64,000 nt of DNA, taken from NCBI RefSeq assembly GCF_006345805.1, contig NC_042999.1, forward strand, positions 83,266,001 through 83,330,000. The letters run 5' to 3'. The stretch is from Octopus sinensis (Eukaryota). The translations under genes were made by a program, and so were the position numbers. This document shows positions 54,501 through 64,000 of this stretch, one piece after another (positions within the stretch are counted from its first letter, which is position 1; each line of letters opens with the position of its first letter). The notes beneath the pieces were generated by a model. That model was not told where the DNA came from, did not search any database, and saw only the letters and a program-made list of their open reading frames with translations.

Positions 54501-55344
54501 CATACGTACATGGTTGTTTTGAAATAAAACAATTACATTTCAACAGGGGCACACAAATTTTCGCACACATGGTGTATTTTTAAAAATTATTTTTACCTAA
54601 CAAAAAAAACAAAAAATTACACACGAATGCTCGATACGTGTCTGTAATTACATTTGTCTTCTTATTCCATCTAAAATTTTTGCTTATAAAGTGAAATACA
54701 ATTTATCGAGAGATTTTTCTAAGTCATTCAAAGTCAGATAAAGAGTAATTAATTGTTGTAAAACGAGTAACCATCACGATATAAGCCCCCGCTTAAGCCT
54801 GGAAATTTTCTATTTAATTTATGAACAAAGATAATCCTATCAAGTCTATTACGTCAGCTAAATTAGACGATCCCATAGCGATATCAAATTTATCAGATCT
54901 AGGTTTTCTAATCCAGTAATAATCTAATAGCATAATATCCTAGAATGAGATCAGTGCATTCTTGGTTGTTAAATTTATACGTATATCTCTCTCTGTAAAA
55001 CAATAAGTGTAATGAAAAGTGTATTCAAAAGAATAGGAGGTATAGATGGATAATTAATATCAAAGAGAAGCAAAGATTTTCCGCTCTTTTTGAACATCAC
55101 AAACCATTGTATTACCTCAACAAAATTATCCTAACGAGATAGATTTACGTAAGTTTTCTCTTTAGATATCATTGTATTTATTTTCGTCTTCCTAATGCGA
55201 CAAATATCTCACTTAGAAGACGTAATAACTCTAATAGGCGAGTTTTCCAAAGAGATCCTCACGATCTTTACGCCAAACTGAGGTTTTAGGCTTAAAAACT
55301 AGATTAAGTTGAGTAGCTAAGCCATAAATCATACCATAAATATA

Positions 55345-55677
55345 TATATGTGTACACACACACACACACACATATATAGACAGATATATGTGAGTACGTA
55401 TATATATATACATATATATATATGTGTGTGTGTGTGTTTGTTTGTATATATATATACAATGTGTGTAGGTATATATATGCTTGTATGTATATATCGATCT
55501 ATATGTATATATGTATATGTATATATGTGTATGTGTGCACGTATATATATATATATGTATGTATATATATATATATGTATGCACATATATATGTATATAT
55601 ATGTAAATGTATGTAAGTATATATACATAAGCAGGTATACACACGCACACACATGTATATATATATATAGATAGATG

Positions 55678-55716
<39 letters not shown>

Positions 55717-55855
55717 CTTATTTGGAAGAGGATGCGTGGCGTTCAATCATATACTAATATAAATATCTATATATATATATATATGCATATATATACATAC
55801 GTATATGTACATACTTACATCTATATATATGTATATATATATATATATGTATATA
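55345..55855. repeat. Compound TA/TG/GATA microsatellite
   Basis: Direct reading. Confidence 0.9.
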
Positions 55856-56295
55856 GGACGTCACGAAGCGTACAATAAAAAAAAAATACGAAGCACAAGT
55901 GCATGGAACATGATCTATTCATTAGTTTCGTATTTCGAGCATTTAACAACAATATACGCTTTCGATTAAACAGTTGCTCCCGTAAAGTCTAGGCTTAGTA
56001 GCCCTCCCTGTTTGTTTTCACTGTCTTGTTCGTGTTACCAATTTTGACCCTCCTCAAAATCTGAAATTTTATATTATTTTCCGGAGCAATTGTTTTATCC
56101 AAAGCGTATATTGTTGTTAAATGCTCGAAATACGAGACTAGAAAAACAGCTAACAACTGATGAAGGGTCGTTCTTTAAGTTGTTTGTTTTGCTTTCCATT
56201 TGTGTCTTTCGTTGTTCGAAACAATTGTTCATGTTAATGTACTCGTGCTTCGTATTTTTTTATGTACACCTTTCGTGACATCCTGTGCGCACATA

Positions 56296-56296
<1 letters not shown>
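55856..56296 (+). mobile_element. TA-flanked element with 5' inverted arm and degenerate hammerhead (CUGAUGA...GAAAC-AAUU-GUU)
   Basis: 55856-55980 is an inverted, internally deleted copy of about 56083-56285. CTGATGA at 56157-63, GAAACAATTGTT at 56218-29. Stem I is imperfect. Confidence 0.6.
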
Positions 56297-56342
<46 letters not shown>

Positions 56343-56391
56343 GTATAGATGTATGTTCATATACGTATGTATATATGCATATGTACATACA

Positions 56392-56469
<78 letters not shown>

Positions 56470-57334
56470 ATATACATATATATATATGTCTGTGTGTGTA
56501 TAGTTAAACAGCCTTGCATGTCTTATAATTTCTGTTTAATTCTTTGGCAATATGTTCAACATAATTTCGCTTTTTAATTGAGTGTAGAATTTCCAGATTT
56601 ATCCGAAAGAACACGTAAAAAGATAAGAACGATTAAAAATTTTGTAGAAAAAGATCCTTTGGCAGACATTTGTTAATTTTTTAAGAATTCAATGATCGTA
56701 AGTAAATTCTCAAAACCCAGAAAAGTATCCATTATGTATGTATGTATGTATGTATGTATGTATGTATGTATGTATGTATGCATGCATGTATGTATGTATG
56801 CATGCATGTATGTATGTAGCTACGATATTCCTAGTGCTACTGGCTACATGTGACCCAGTACAACCACGTCGGGCCATCGGTGACTAAATCGGCAACCTTA
56901 TGAGCGCCTGCTCGATATTTTGCCAAGGGTGGTTTCCATTGGACATCCTACAGGACGGAAAACAAAACCTGTAGACGAGCAGATGAACTCAGTAGTGTCA
57001 ACGGCCATCCAACAGCTGGGAATAAGAGACTCCTTCTCCTAGTTTTTGTTCAGATATCTCTCTAGCAGAAGGAAATTCCGAAATAACACCCACCTCATTG
57101 CTAAACCGGAGAGCTTACTCCTGTTTGTTTCCGACTTTGTGACAGTCTTAGCGGTGCTGTAAAAGCTGTTATTGACTTTAAACTTCAGCTCTGGCATTGC
57201 TGACAGCGATTGTCTTTAACATTTAGGATAAGATAATTTATCAGTGATGAGATAATTTATCATATTCGTCTACGAGCTGACAGCCGTCATGTATGTATGT
57301 ATGTAGTATGTATGTATGTATGTATGTATGTATG

Positions 57335-57364
<30 letters not shown>

Positions 57365-57365
<1 letters not shown>

Positions 57366-57835
57366 TGTCACTATTCAGTTTAGTTCATGATTTCTTGCCA
57401 ACAGAGGAAGAACCGGTTTCTAACCCAGATCCAAGGCACCTTCATTGGAATTTCAACATCAACAATGTCGGTTACGACGACGAGGGTTCCAGTTGATCCG
57501 ATCAACGGAACTGACTGCTCGTGAAATTAACGTGCAAGTGGCTGAGCACTCCTCAGACACATGTACCCTTAACGTGGTTCTCGGGGAGATTCAGCGTGAC
57601 ACAGAGTGTGACAAGGTTGGCCCTTCGAAATACAGGTACAACAGAAACATGGAGAAAGCGTGAGAGAAATGTGTGGTGAAAGAGTACAGGAGGGTTCACC
57701 ACCGTCCCCTGCCGGAGCCTTGTGGAGCTTTAGGCGTCGTCGCTCAATAAACACTCACAACACCTGGTTTGGGAATCGAAACAACGATCCTACGACCACA
57801 AGTCCGCTACCCTAACCACTGGGCCATTGCATCTC
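57365..57835 (-). mobile_element. tRNA-derived SINE sharing the family-B head but with a different body; sits between (TATG)n tracts
   Basis: First ~150 nt match 52743-52900. The remainder matches 5350-5515 and 36960-36995. Confidence 0.8.
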
Positions 57836-57868
57836 CACTGTATGTATGTATGTATGTATGTATGTATG

Positions 57869-57902
<34 letters not shown>

Positions 57903-57989
57903 GTATGTATGTATGTATGTATGTATGTATGTATGTGAAGATTCGTATGTTTTATGTATGTACTATCATGCATTTATTTGCATACCTAA

Positions 57990-59052
57990 ACATGCTCATA
58001 TATATTTAAATGAAAGTTTAACAGATTTTTACAGTTTCAATGATAGATTGGATCTGTAGTCTTCGAATTAGTTTTCTTCATTCTGGTTTTGAGAAGTCTA
58101 ATAACTCAAGATTGGTATTTAGGCAGAGTGTTACGTATCTCAGGACTCCAATAATTACAGGTATGAATCTGGATAGAGTAACTGCAGTTTTCTCAATAGT
58201 TCAGCATAGGTATTATCTTTTCCACTGATCATCAGCTTTATGTTAACATCCGCTGGGCAGCTAATTTTCACAACTGTGCACTGTTTCTCTTCTCTATCCC
58301 AAATCATTATATCAGGTCTGCTGTGCCTACATTTTATTGGGGTCTTCACTGGTACATTCCACCAATATTCCTTTCTATTATGAGTGGCTATGGCTTCTAC
58401 CATATTGTGGGTTCTTATTTCTTTGTCTTCGGGAATATCCTTCCTACGGATTTCATTATAGAGTGTCCTCGCTACAATAGCATGTCTCGCTGGTACATAA
58501 ACCGTGATGACATTTTCGGACAACTGTTTATGATGTGGGTGATATCTTTAGTGTGAACTCTAAAAAGTCTGCATCGGTTGCCACAGTTTACTGATCTTCC
58601 TGCATCTCTATCCCGTTTGTGTATCAGGTATTTGGTTGATATTTCCTGTTCCTGGATTGCAAATGCATACCTTTCAAAGTGGGAGGTAGTAATCCGGCTA
58701 TTCGTCCATAATAAACTGCTTTGATGATCGATGTTACAATCATCACGGAGATTTCTACTAACATATCCATGTATAGTCTTCTGCTCATAAAGGCTCATCT
58801 TTTCATCTCATGCATATTCTTTGCATGAAGTTTTAAGTCATCCACAAAGAAACAGTGTGTAATTTTGGCATTTCTGTTTCCTTGAGAACCAGTGAGATAT
58901 CCTTCAGACTTCCTTAACATGAATGACAAGGGGTTTACAGGAAGTATAAACAACATCACAGAGAGGCTGTCTCCTTGGAATATGCCTTTGCGATATTGTA
59001 TTCTTTCGGTGATAATACAGTCACCTTTTGTGTTCAATTTCAAGATGGTGGC
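57990..59052 (-). pseudogene. 5'-truncated, internally deleted R4/Dong-type (RLE) non-LTR retrotransposon
   Basis: RT motifs RKGIFQGDSLS and HCFFVDDLKL; decayed CCHC knuckle (CRL...THIINSCPKM); RHAIVAR; PD-(D/E)xK endonuclease (SRPDIMIWDREEKQCTVVKISCPAD); C-terminal IPVIIG...LQIQSI...KI. Frameshifts and stops present. 3' UTR runs into (CATA)n. Confidence 0.9.
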
Positions 59053-59748
59053 CTACAATAAAGTCAAGTCAGCTATGGCTTTGACCATTCTCACTGCAGG
59101 GCTTCTAGCATCCATGAGTGGGGAACAGAATCAAAGGCGGCTTTCTTGTAGTTTAGCCACATTGAAACTAGGTTCCTCATATGCTCTCGCACGTCTGACA
59201 TCACAGATTTAATTCTGGATGCAGATCGTCCTAATATGTGCATACATGTGAACAGTGGAGGACTGGGTTTAAAAATATTGGTGCCAGGAGACTAAGGGGA
59301 CCCACCCGCAACTACAAAGGGGCCCATCCGCAACTACAATGCTATCATTTAATTTTTTTTCTCTTAAAAGTATTCTTTTCAACTGTCTACAAACACAGCC
59401 AGGCCAAAATAATGTATTCTTCCAGGAGCGAATAAAAAATTCTCAAACTTGTGGGGATGGGTCCCTTAGATATTAACATGGGCCCCTATATATGGATTCT
59501 AATGGCGTAGGGATCCACTTGCCATCGGGCAAGCTGGCAACCTGGCCAGTCAGCCACTGGATGTGAATGTGAATATACTTTGTTGTAACGTATAAATGTG
59601 AATGCTGTAGGGTCAATTTACAGTCATGGGTTTCTGCAAACTGATGCCTGGTCATATGTTTCAGCAATTTCAGATATTCGGTTTGTTTCTGATTTTTAAG
59701 TTAGTCCTCAGTGCTTAACATTTCGAGAATATGCTTAGCACGCGTAGG

Positions 59749-59783
<35 letters not shown>

Positions 59784-59963
59784 ATATAATATATATTATA
59801 TATATTATATATATATATATATAAAATAAATATAAGAGAGTGGTCACTATATGGCTCACTCTAGCACCAGTTAATCCAAAAGGTTTCGACCACAAAAATA
59901 CATGTTCCCCATGAAAGCCAGTACGATGTTAGCTCACACGGACAGGGCAAATTGGATTTCATC

Positions 59964-60059
59964 CAGATAGTTTTGCTGAGGAGCTACAAGTGGATTTTTT
60001 TTGTAAGTAAAATTACATTTAATTCATTAATAGCGAAACAATTGTCCAAAAATAATCTG
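59964..60059 (+). ncRNA. Type I hammerhead ribozyme, copy 1
   Basis: UUUUG-CUGAGGA-GCUA...UAGC-GAAAC-AAUU-GUC-CAAAA. Distal stem I CAGAU/AUCUG. Canonical G10.1-C11.1; GUC cleavage after 60046. Confidence 0.9.
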
Positions 60060-60485
60060 TATTTTTGTTATTTTTTATTTGCCCTGTCAGTGTGAGCTAA
60101 CAATGTTACTGGCTTTCATGGGAAACATGTATTTTTGTGGTCGAAACCTTTGGATTAACTGGTGCTAGAGTGAGCCATATAGTGACCACTCTCTATATTT
60201 ATTTTGTAAAAAATATTATAATATATATAATATATAATAATCCAGGTTTTCGGAGCACAGGCCACTTGGTGTTGAATAGATATACTATTAATTAGTATCT
60301 AATTCTCTCACCCTTATTAATTAATTATAATTATGCTGCCATTTATTTCTAAATGCTGTATTGTTTTCCGTGAAAGTTTGGCGCGCTGTTAGTTGGGGCA
60401 TTTGAATTATAACGTCGAGTAATCAATGAACCACACGGTAGTTATCGTTATGGTAAAATCTGCGTGTGATTGAGTGGATTTCATC

Positions 60486-60582
60486 CAGATAGTTTTGGCT
60501 GAGGAGCTACAAGTGGATTTTTTTTGTAAGTAAAATTACATTTAATTCATTAATAGCGAAACAATTGTCCCAAAATAATCTG
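60486..60582 (+). ncRNA. Type I hammerhead ribozyme, copy 2
   Basis: UUUUGG(60493-98)-CUGAGGA(60499-505)-GCUA...UAGC-GAAAC(60558-62)-AAUU-GUC(60567-69)-CCAAAA; distal CAGAU/AUCUG. All core positions canonical. Confidence 0.92.
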
Positions 60583-60873
60583 TATTTTTGTTATTTTTTA
60601 TTTGCCCTGTCCGTGTGAGCTAACAATCGTACTGGCTTTCATGGGAAACATGTATTTTTGTGGTCGAAACCTTTTGGATTAACTGGTGCTAGAGGACATA
60701 TAGTGACCACTCTCTTATATTATTTTGAAAAATATTATAATATATTATAAAATATTATATAATCCAGGTTTCGGAGCACTAGGCCACTTGGTGGTGAATA
60801 GATATACTATTAAATTAGTATCTAATTCTCTCACCCTTATTAATTAATTATATATATATATATATATATATAG

Positions 60874-60908
<35 letters not shown>

Positions 60909-61750
60909 ATTATATATTGTATATATATATATAATCTTTTACTTGTTCCAGTCATTAGACTGCAGCCATGCTAGGGCACCTCCTTGAACAATTTTTCTAG
61001 TCAGATGTATCGACCCCCAGTACTTACTTCTTTAAAGCCTGTATTTGTTCCATCAGTCTTTTGCCGAAATGCTAAGTTACGGGGATGTAAACATGCCAAT
61101 ACCGGTTATCAAGTAGTGGTGACGGACAAACGCACATACACGCACACATACACGCACACATACACATACATACACACACTCATACACACACACACACGCA
61201 TATATATATATATACATATATACAACGGGCTTCTTTCAGTTTCCATCTACCAAATCCACTTAGAAGACTTTAATCGGCCCAAAGCTATAGTAGAAGGCAC
61301 TTACCTAAGGTGCCACGCAGTGGGACTGAACCCGGAATAATGTTATTGGGAAGCAAACTTCTTATCAAACAGAAACGCCTGCGCATACATACATATACAC
61401 GCCGGCACGCGCTAGTGCAACCAGTCACAGTACTTCATAGCATATCCCTTTCCGGTATTTGATACTGAAGAGCAGATAACCACTTCGAAATGCATGCATC
61501 CACCAGTCTGGTTCAATGGTGCTTCGAACTAACTTGGTGTGTTTACGCCTACTTGTCTACAGTGAGAAAGGTTCTCTATGACAAAATACAGCCAGTAGCT
61601 TTCTTAGGGTTCGAGCATGCCTCAAGCATATGTGAACTCAAGATCTCCAGTCAGCCTCATAAAACGTCTCTAGCATACTAACAAATGCTCAGCTCAAGAT
61701 CAAAGTAAAGATACTGAGTGTGTAGCTGTGTGCACGCGTGTGCGTGTGCA

Positions 61751-61790
<40 letters not shown>

Positions 61791-61850
61791 TGTGTGTGTG
61801 TGTGTGTGTGTAAACACATATATGTATGTATATATATACACACACGCACG

Positions 61851-62068
61851 GCCGAAACGTTAACGCGCCGGGCGAAATGCTTAGCGGTATTTCGTCTGTC
61901 GCTACGTTCCGAGTTCAAATTCCGCCGAGGTCGACTTTGTCTTTCATCCTTTCAGGGTCGATAAATTAAGTACCAGTTACGCACTTGGGTCGATATAATC
62001 GACTGAATCCCTTTGTCTTTCCTTGTTTGTATCCTCTGTGTTTAGCCCCTTGTGGGTAGTAAAGAAAT
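61851..62068 (+). mobile_element. SINE, family A, slightly 5' truncated
   Basis: Highly similar to the two minus-strand copies. Confidence 0.85.
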
Positions 62069-62904
62069 ATATATATATATGTATAGACAAACAGACAGAT
62101 AGATAACTAGATAGGTAGATCATATATATATATAAATATACACACATACATGAGTTTATAAAAATAATACAGCTAAAAAAGAAAAGTGTTAGTGGCGTAG
62201 TCTAACAGTGACAAAAACTAGAAGTTGAATATATACAAAAACTTATTTAAAAAATAAGCGAAAATTCACACTAGAAATAAAAATAATACAGGGCCGGTTT
62301 TGTGTCCTCCATAGAAGCAGCGGAGGAAGTAGATTCAAACTAGCACTATTCAAGGAGCAGGCGTACCGAAATCCGACGCACGCGCGTTTAAATGTGTGTA
62401 TGTATTGTTGTATTTAGGGAAGGTCATTTTTTTTTGCCAAATAAACACACGCACTATATATATTTGTTTCTTTACTCGTTTATTATTGTTCTTGTTTTAT
62501 TATTTTAATTCTTGACCATTGTCCGGAAATATTTCGTTACACATCTTTGACCTCTTCAGCGACATTTTTCGTTTTTGTGTGTGTTCTTGCTCCACTTATT
62601 CCATTCTCGGGCAAAAAAAACAAAAAAACTCCGTCCCGAAATACAACAGTATCTGTTTCAACACACGGTTTCACATCAGGAGCTTTGCAAAACGCTCCAA
62701 TTTTCCCCTCTTCCCTTCACAGTTCGCTGTCTGTCACTCTCTCTCCCTCACACCCTTACCTTGTTCACGTGGTTGCCACGTAACCATTGGCCATCTTTCT
62801 ACTCCTAACTTGTGTTTCTTTCTCTCCGTTGTAGCTGGGTCAAGGAAGACGTGTTCTTGTCTGTCTCCTGTCCAAGCATGATTTATGCGTTCGTTACCAC
62901 AACC

Positions 62905-63220
62905 TCGTTTAGGCTTAGCAGCCCTTCCTATTTGTTTTCGCTGTCCTGTTTGTGTTACCAATTTTAACCCCCAGTAAAATTCCAAATTTTATTTAATTTG
63001 CTTTGCGGGAGCAACTGTTTTATCGAAAGCATATCTCGTTGTTAAATGCTTGAAATACGAGACTAGAAAAACAGCCAACAACTGTTGAAGGGCCGTTTTT
63101 GTGTTGTTTGTCTTGTTTTCTACTCGTGTCTTTCGTTGTTCGAAAAATAGTTCATATTCCAGGTACTCGTACTTCGTATTTTTTGTTGCACACGTTTCAT
63201 GACGTCCTCCCCCCCCCACA
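62905..63220 (+). mobile_element. Second, more diverged copy of the 55980-56296 element, ending in (TA)n
   Basis: Collinear similarity from taggcttag(c/t)agccc through ggagcaa...aaatgct(c/t)gaaatacgagactagaaaaacagc to tttc(a/g)tgac(g/a)tcct. Core degenerated to CTGTTGA / GAAAAATAGTT. The 5' boundary is uncertain. Confidence 0.7.
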
Positions 63221-63234
63221 TATATATATATATA

Positions 63235-64000
63235 TAGGGTAAGGAAGCAAAATTTACAATATTTCGAGGCAGGGATTGAAAGACAGTGTATGACCAATTA
63301 TTTTATTGAAAGTTATGAGAATTTATTTGCCACAAGAAAATTTACATAATAGAAAATGTTTTTATTCTATGTGTCCTTCTTTCTCAATAACTGCCTTCAC
63401 ATGCTTCCTGAAACTTGTACAAGTGTTCCTATAATATTCGGGAGACAACTTCTCCCATTCTTCTGTAATAGTATCTTTAAGAGAGTCGACATTACTGTGT
63501 GATGTTCTATTGGTAGCATATTCTAAAACGCCCCAAATAGCATAATCCAGAGGGTTTAGATCTGGGCTAGAAGGCGGCCATAAACATGATTCCCAAAAAT
63601 CGCTAAAGTTAGATTTGCAGAAATCTTGTATTTTTCTGGCTGTGTGGGCTGGAGCACCATCCTGTGTCCATACATAATTACCATCTGGGTAGTTTGCTTT
63701 AAGCCATGGCAATACCTGGTATCTCAGAGTCTTGTAGTAAATATTAACATTGGTCTTTTCATCAGCTTTGTAGAATTTTATAGGCATTTTCTTTCCATCG
63801 GAAGCCACAACACCAAAAGCCATAACTTCTGCAGGATGTTTTGTTTTGAATGTCCCCTTAACCTCAGCTGTTGATTTTGCAATAAATCTGTCATTTCTGC
63901 GGTTTAGAACAGCATCGACAGTGAAGATCTTTTCATCTGAAAAGATTGTTACAATGGAGGACTTTTTCTTGAACCATGTAATAATTTTCTTGCACCTCTC
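63235..64000 (-). mobile_element. maT/DD37D DNA transposon, right part, inserted at a TA repeat
   Basis: Contains the transposase ORF. Putative terminus TA|TAGGGTAAGGAAGCAAAATTTAC at 63235 next to (TA)n; the other TIR is outside the window, so the boundary is unverified. Confidence 0.7.
63362..64000 (-). CDS. Tc1/mariner-superfamily transposase, DD37D (maT) type, C-terminal 212 aa; ORF continues past the window edge
   Basis: The frame is open from 64000: ...IFSDEKIFTVD...VMAFGVVASDG...WTQDGAPAH...WPPSSPDLNPLDYAIW...EGHIE*. There are 37 residues between the second and third catalytic Asp. Confidence 0.92.
   Translation of the reverse strand, partial: ERCKKIITWFKKKSSIVTIFSDEKIFTVDAVLNRRNDRFIAKSTAEVKGTFKTKHPAEVMAFGVVASDGKKMPIKFYKADEKTNVNIYYKTLRYQVLPWLKANYPDGNYVWTQDGAPAHTARKIQDFCKSNFSDFWESCLWPPSSPDLNPLDYAIWGVLEYATNRTSHSNVDSLKDTITEEWEKLSPEYYRNTCTSFRKHVKAVIEKEGHIE

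Larger units (their letters stand above)
59821..60850 (+). mobile_element. Second hammerhead retrozyme-like element: 132-bp 5' inverted arm plus 1.7 tandem ~522-bp units, in (TA)n
   Basis: 59821-59952 is the reverse complement of an internal segment (about 60079-60205 and 60599-60725). Units start at 59953 and 60475. TA microsatellite on both flanks. Confidence 0.88.

Noticed and set aside
57236-57280. gtgatga-gata-att-tatc stem resembling an HHR half
   Set aside because: No C3, no GAAA and no stem III.
59700-59730. Minus-strand CTGAGGA and CGAAAT close together
   Set aside because: The order and spacing give no stem I or stem III; it cannot fold as a hammerhead.

Overview
AT-rich, microsatellite-laden eukaryotic genomic DNA. 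The SINE and MITE repertoire strongly resembles octopus (cephalopod) sequence; this is recognition from memory, not a database result. Host coding content is small: two plus-strand exons (8731-8826 and terminal exon 25451-25812) of a single-pass membrane protein, probably semaphorin-1A-like. The rest is repeats: several SINE families, three decayed R4/Dong-type non-LTR retrotransposon fragments, a decayed mariner, a DD37D (maT) transposon with an open transposase ORF running off the right edge, and a piggyBac-like MITE. The main discovery is a set of hammerhead-ribozyme (HHR) elements inserted in (TA)n microsatellites. A ~485-bp x ~9.7 tandem array (47363-52101) carries a type I hammerhead in each unit on the minus strand. 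An unrelated ~522-bp x 1.7 repeat (59821-60850) carries a fully canonical type I hammerhead on the plus strand. At least three further, more decayed families share the same architecture: sense unit(s), an inverted partial copy at the 5' end, and TA flanks. Together these look like non-autonomous, retrozyme/Penelope-type circular-RNA retroelements. Nearly all ORFs in the supplied track are translated microsatellites or SINEs.
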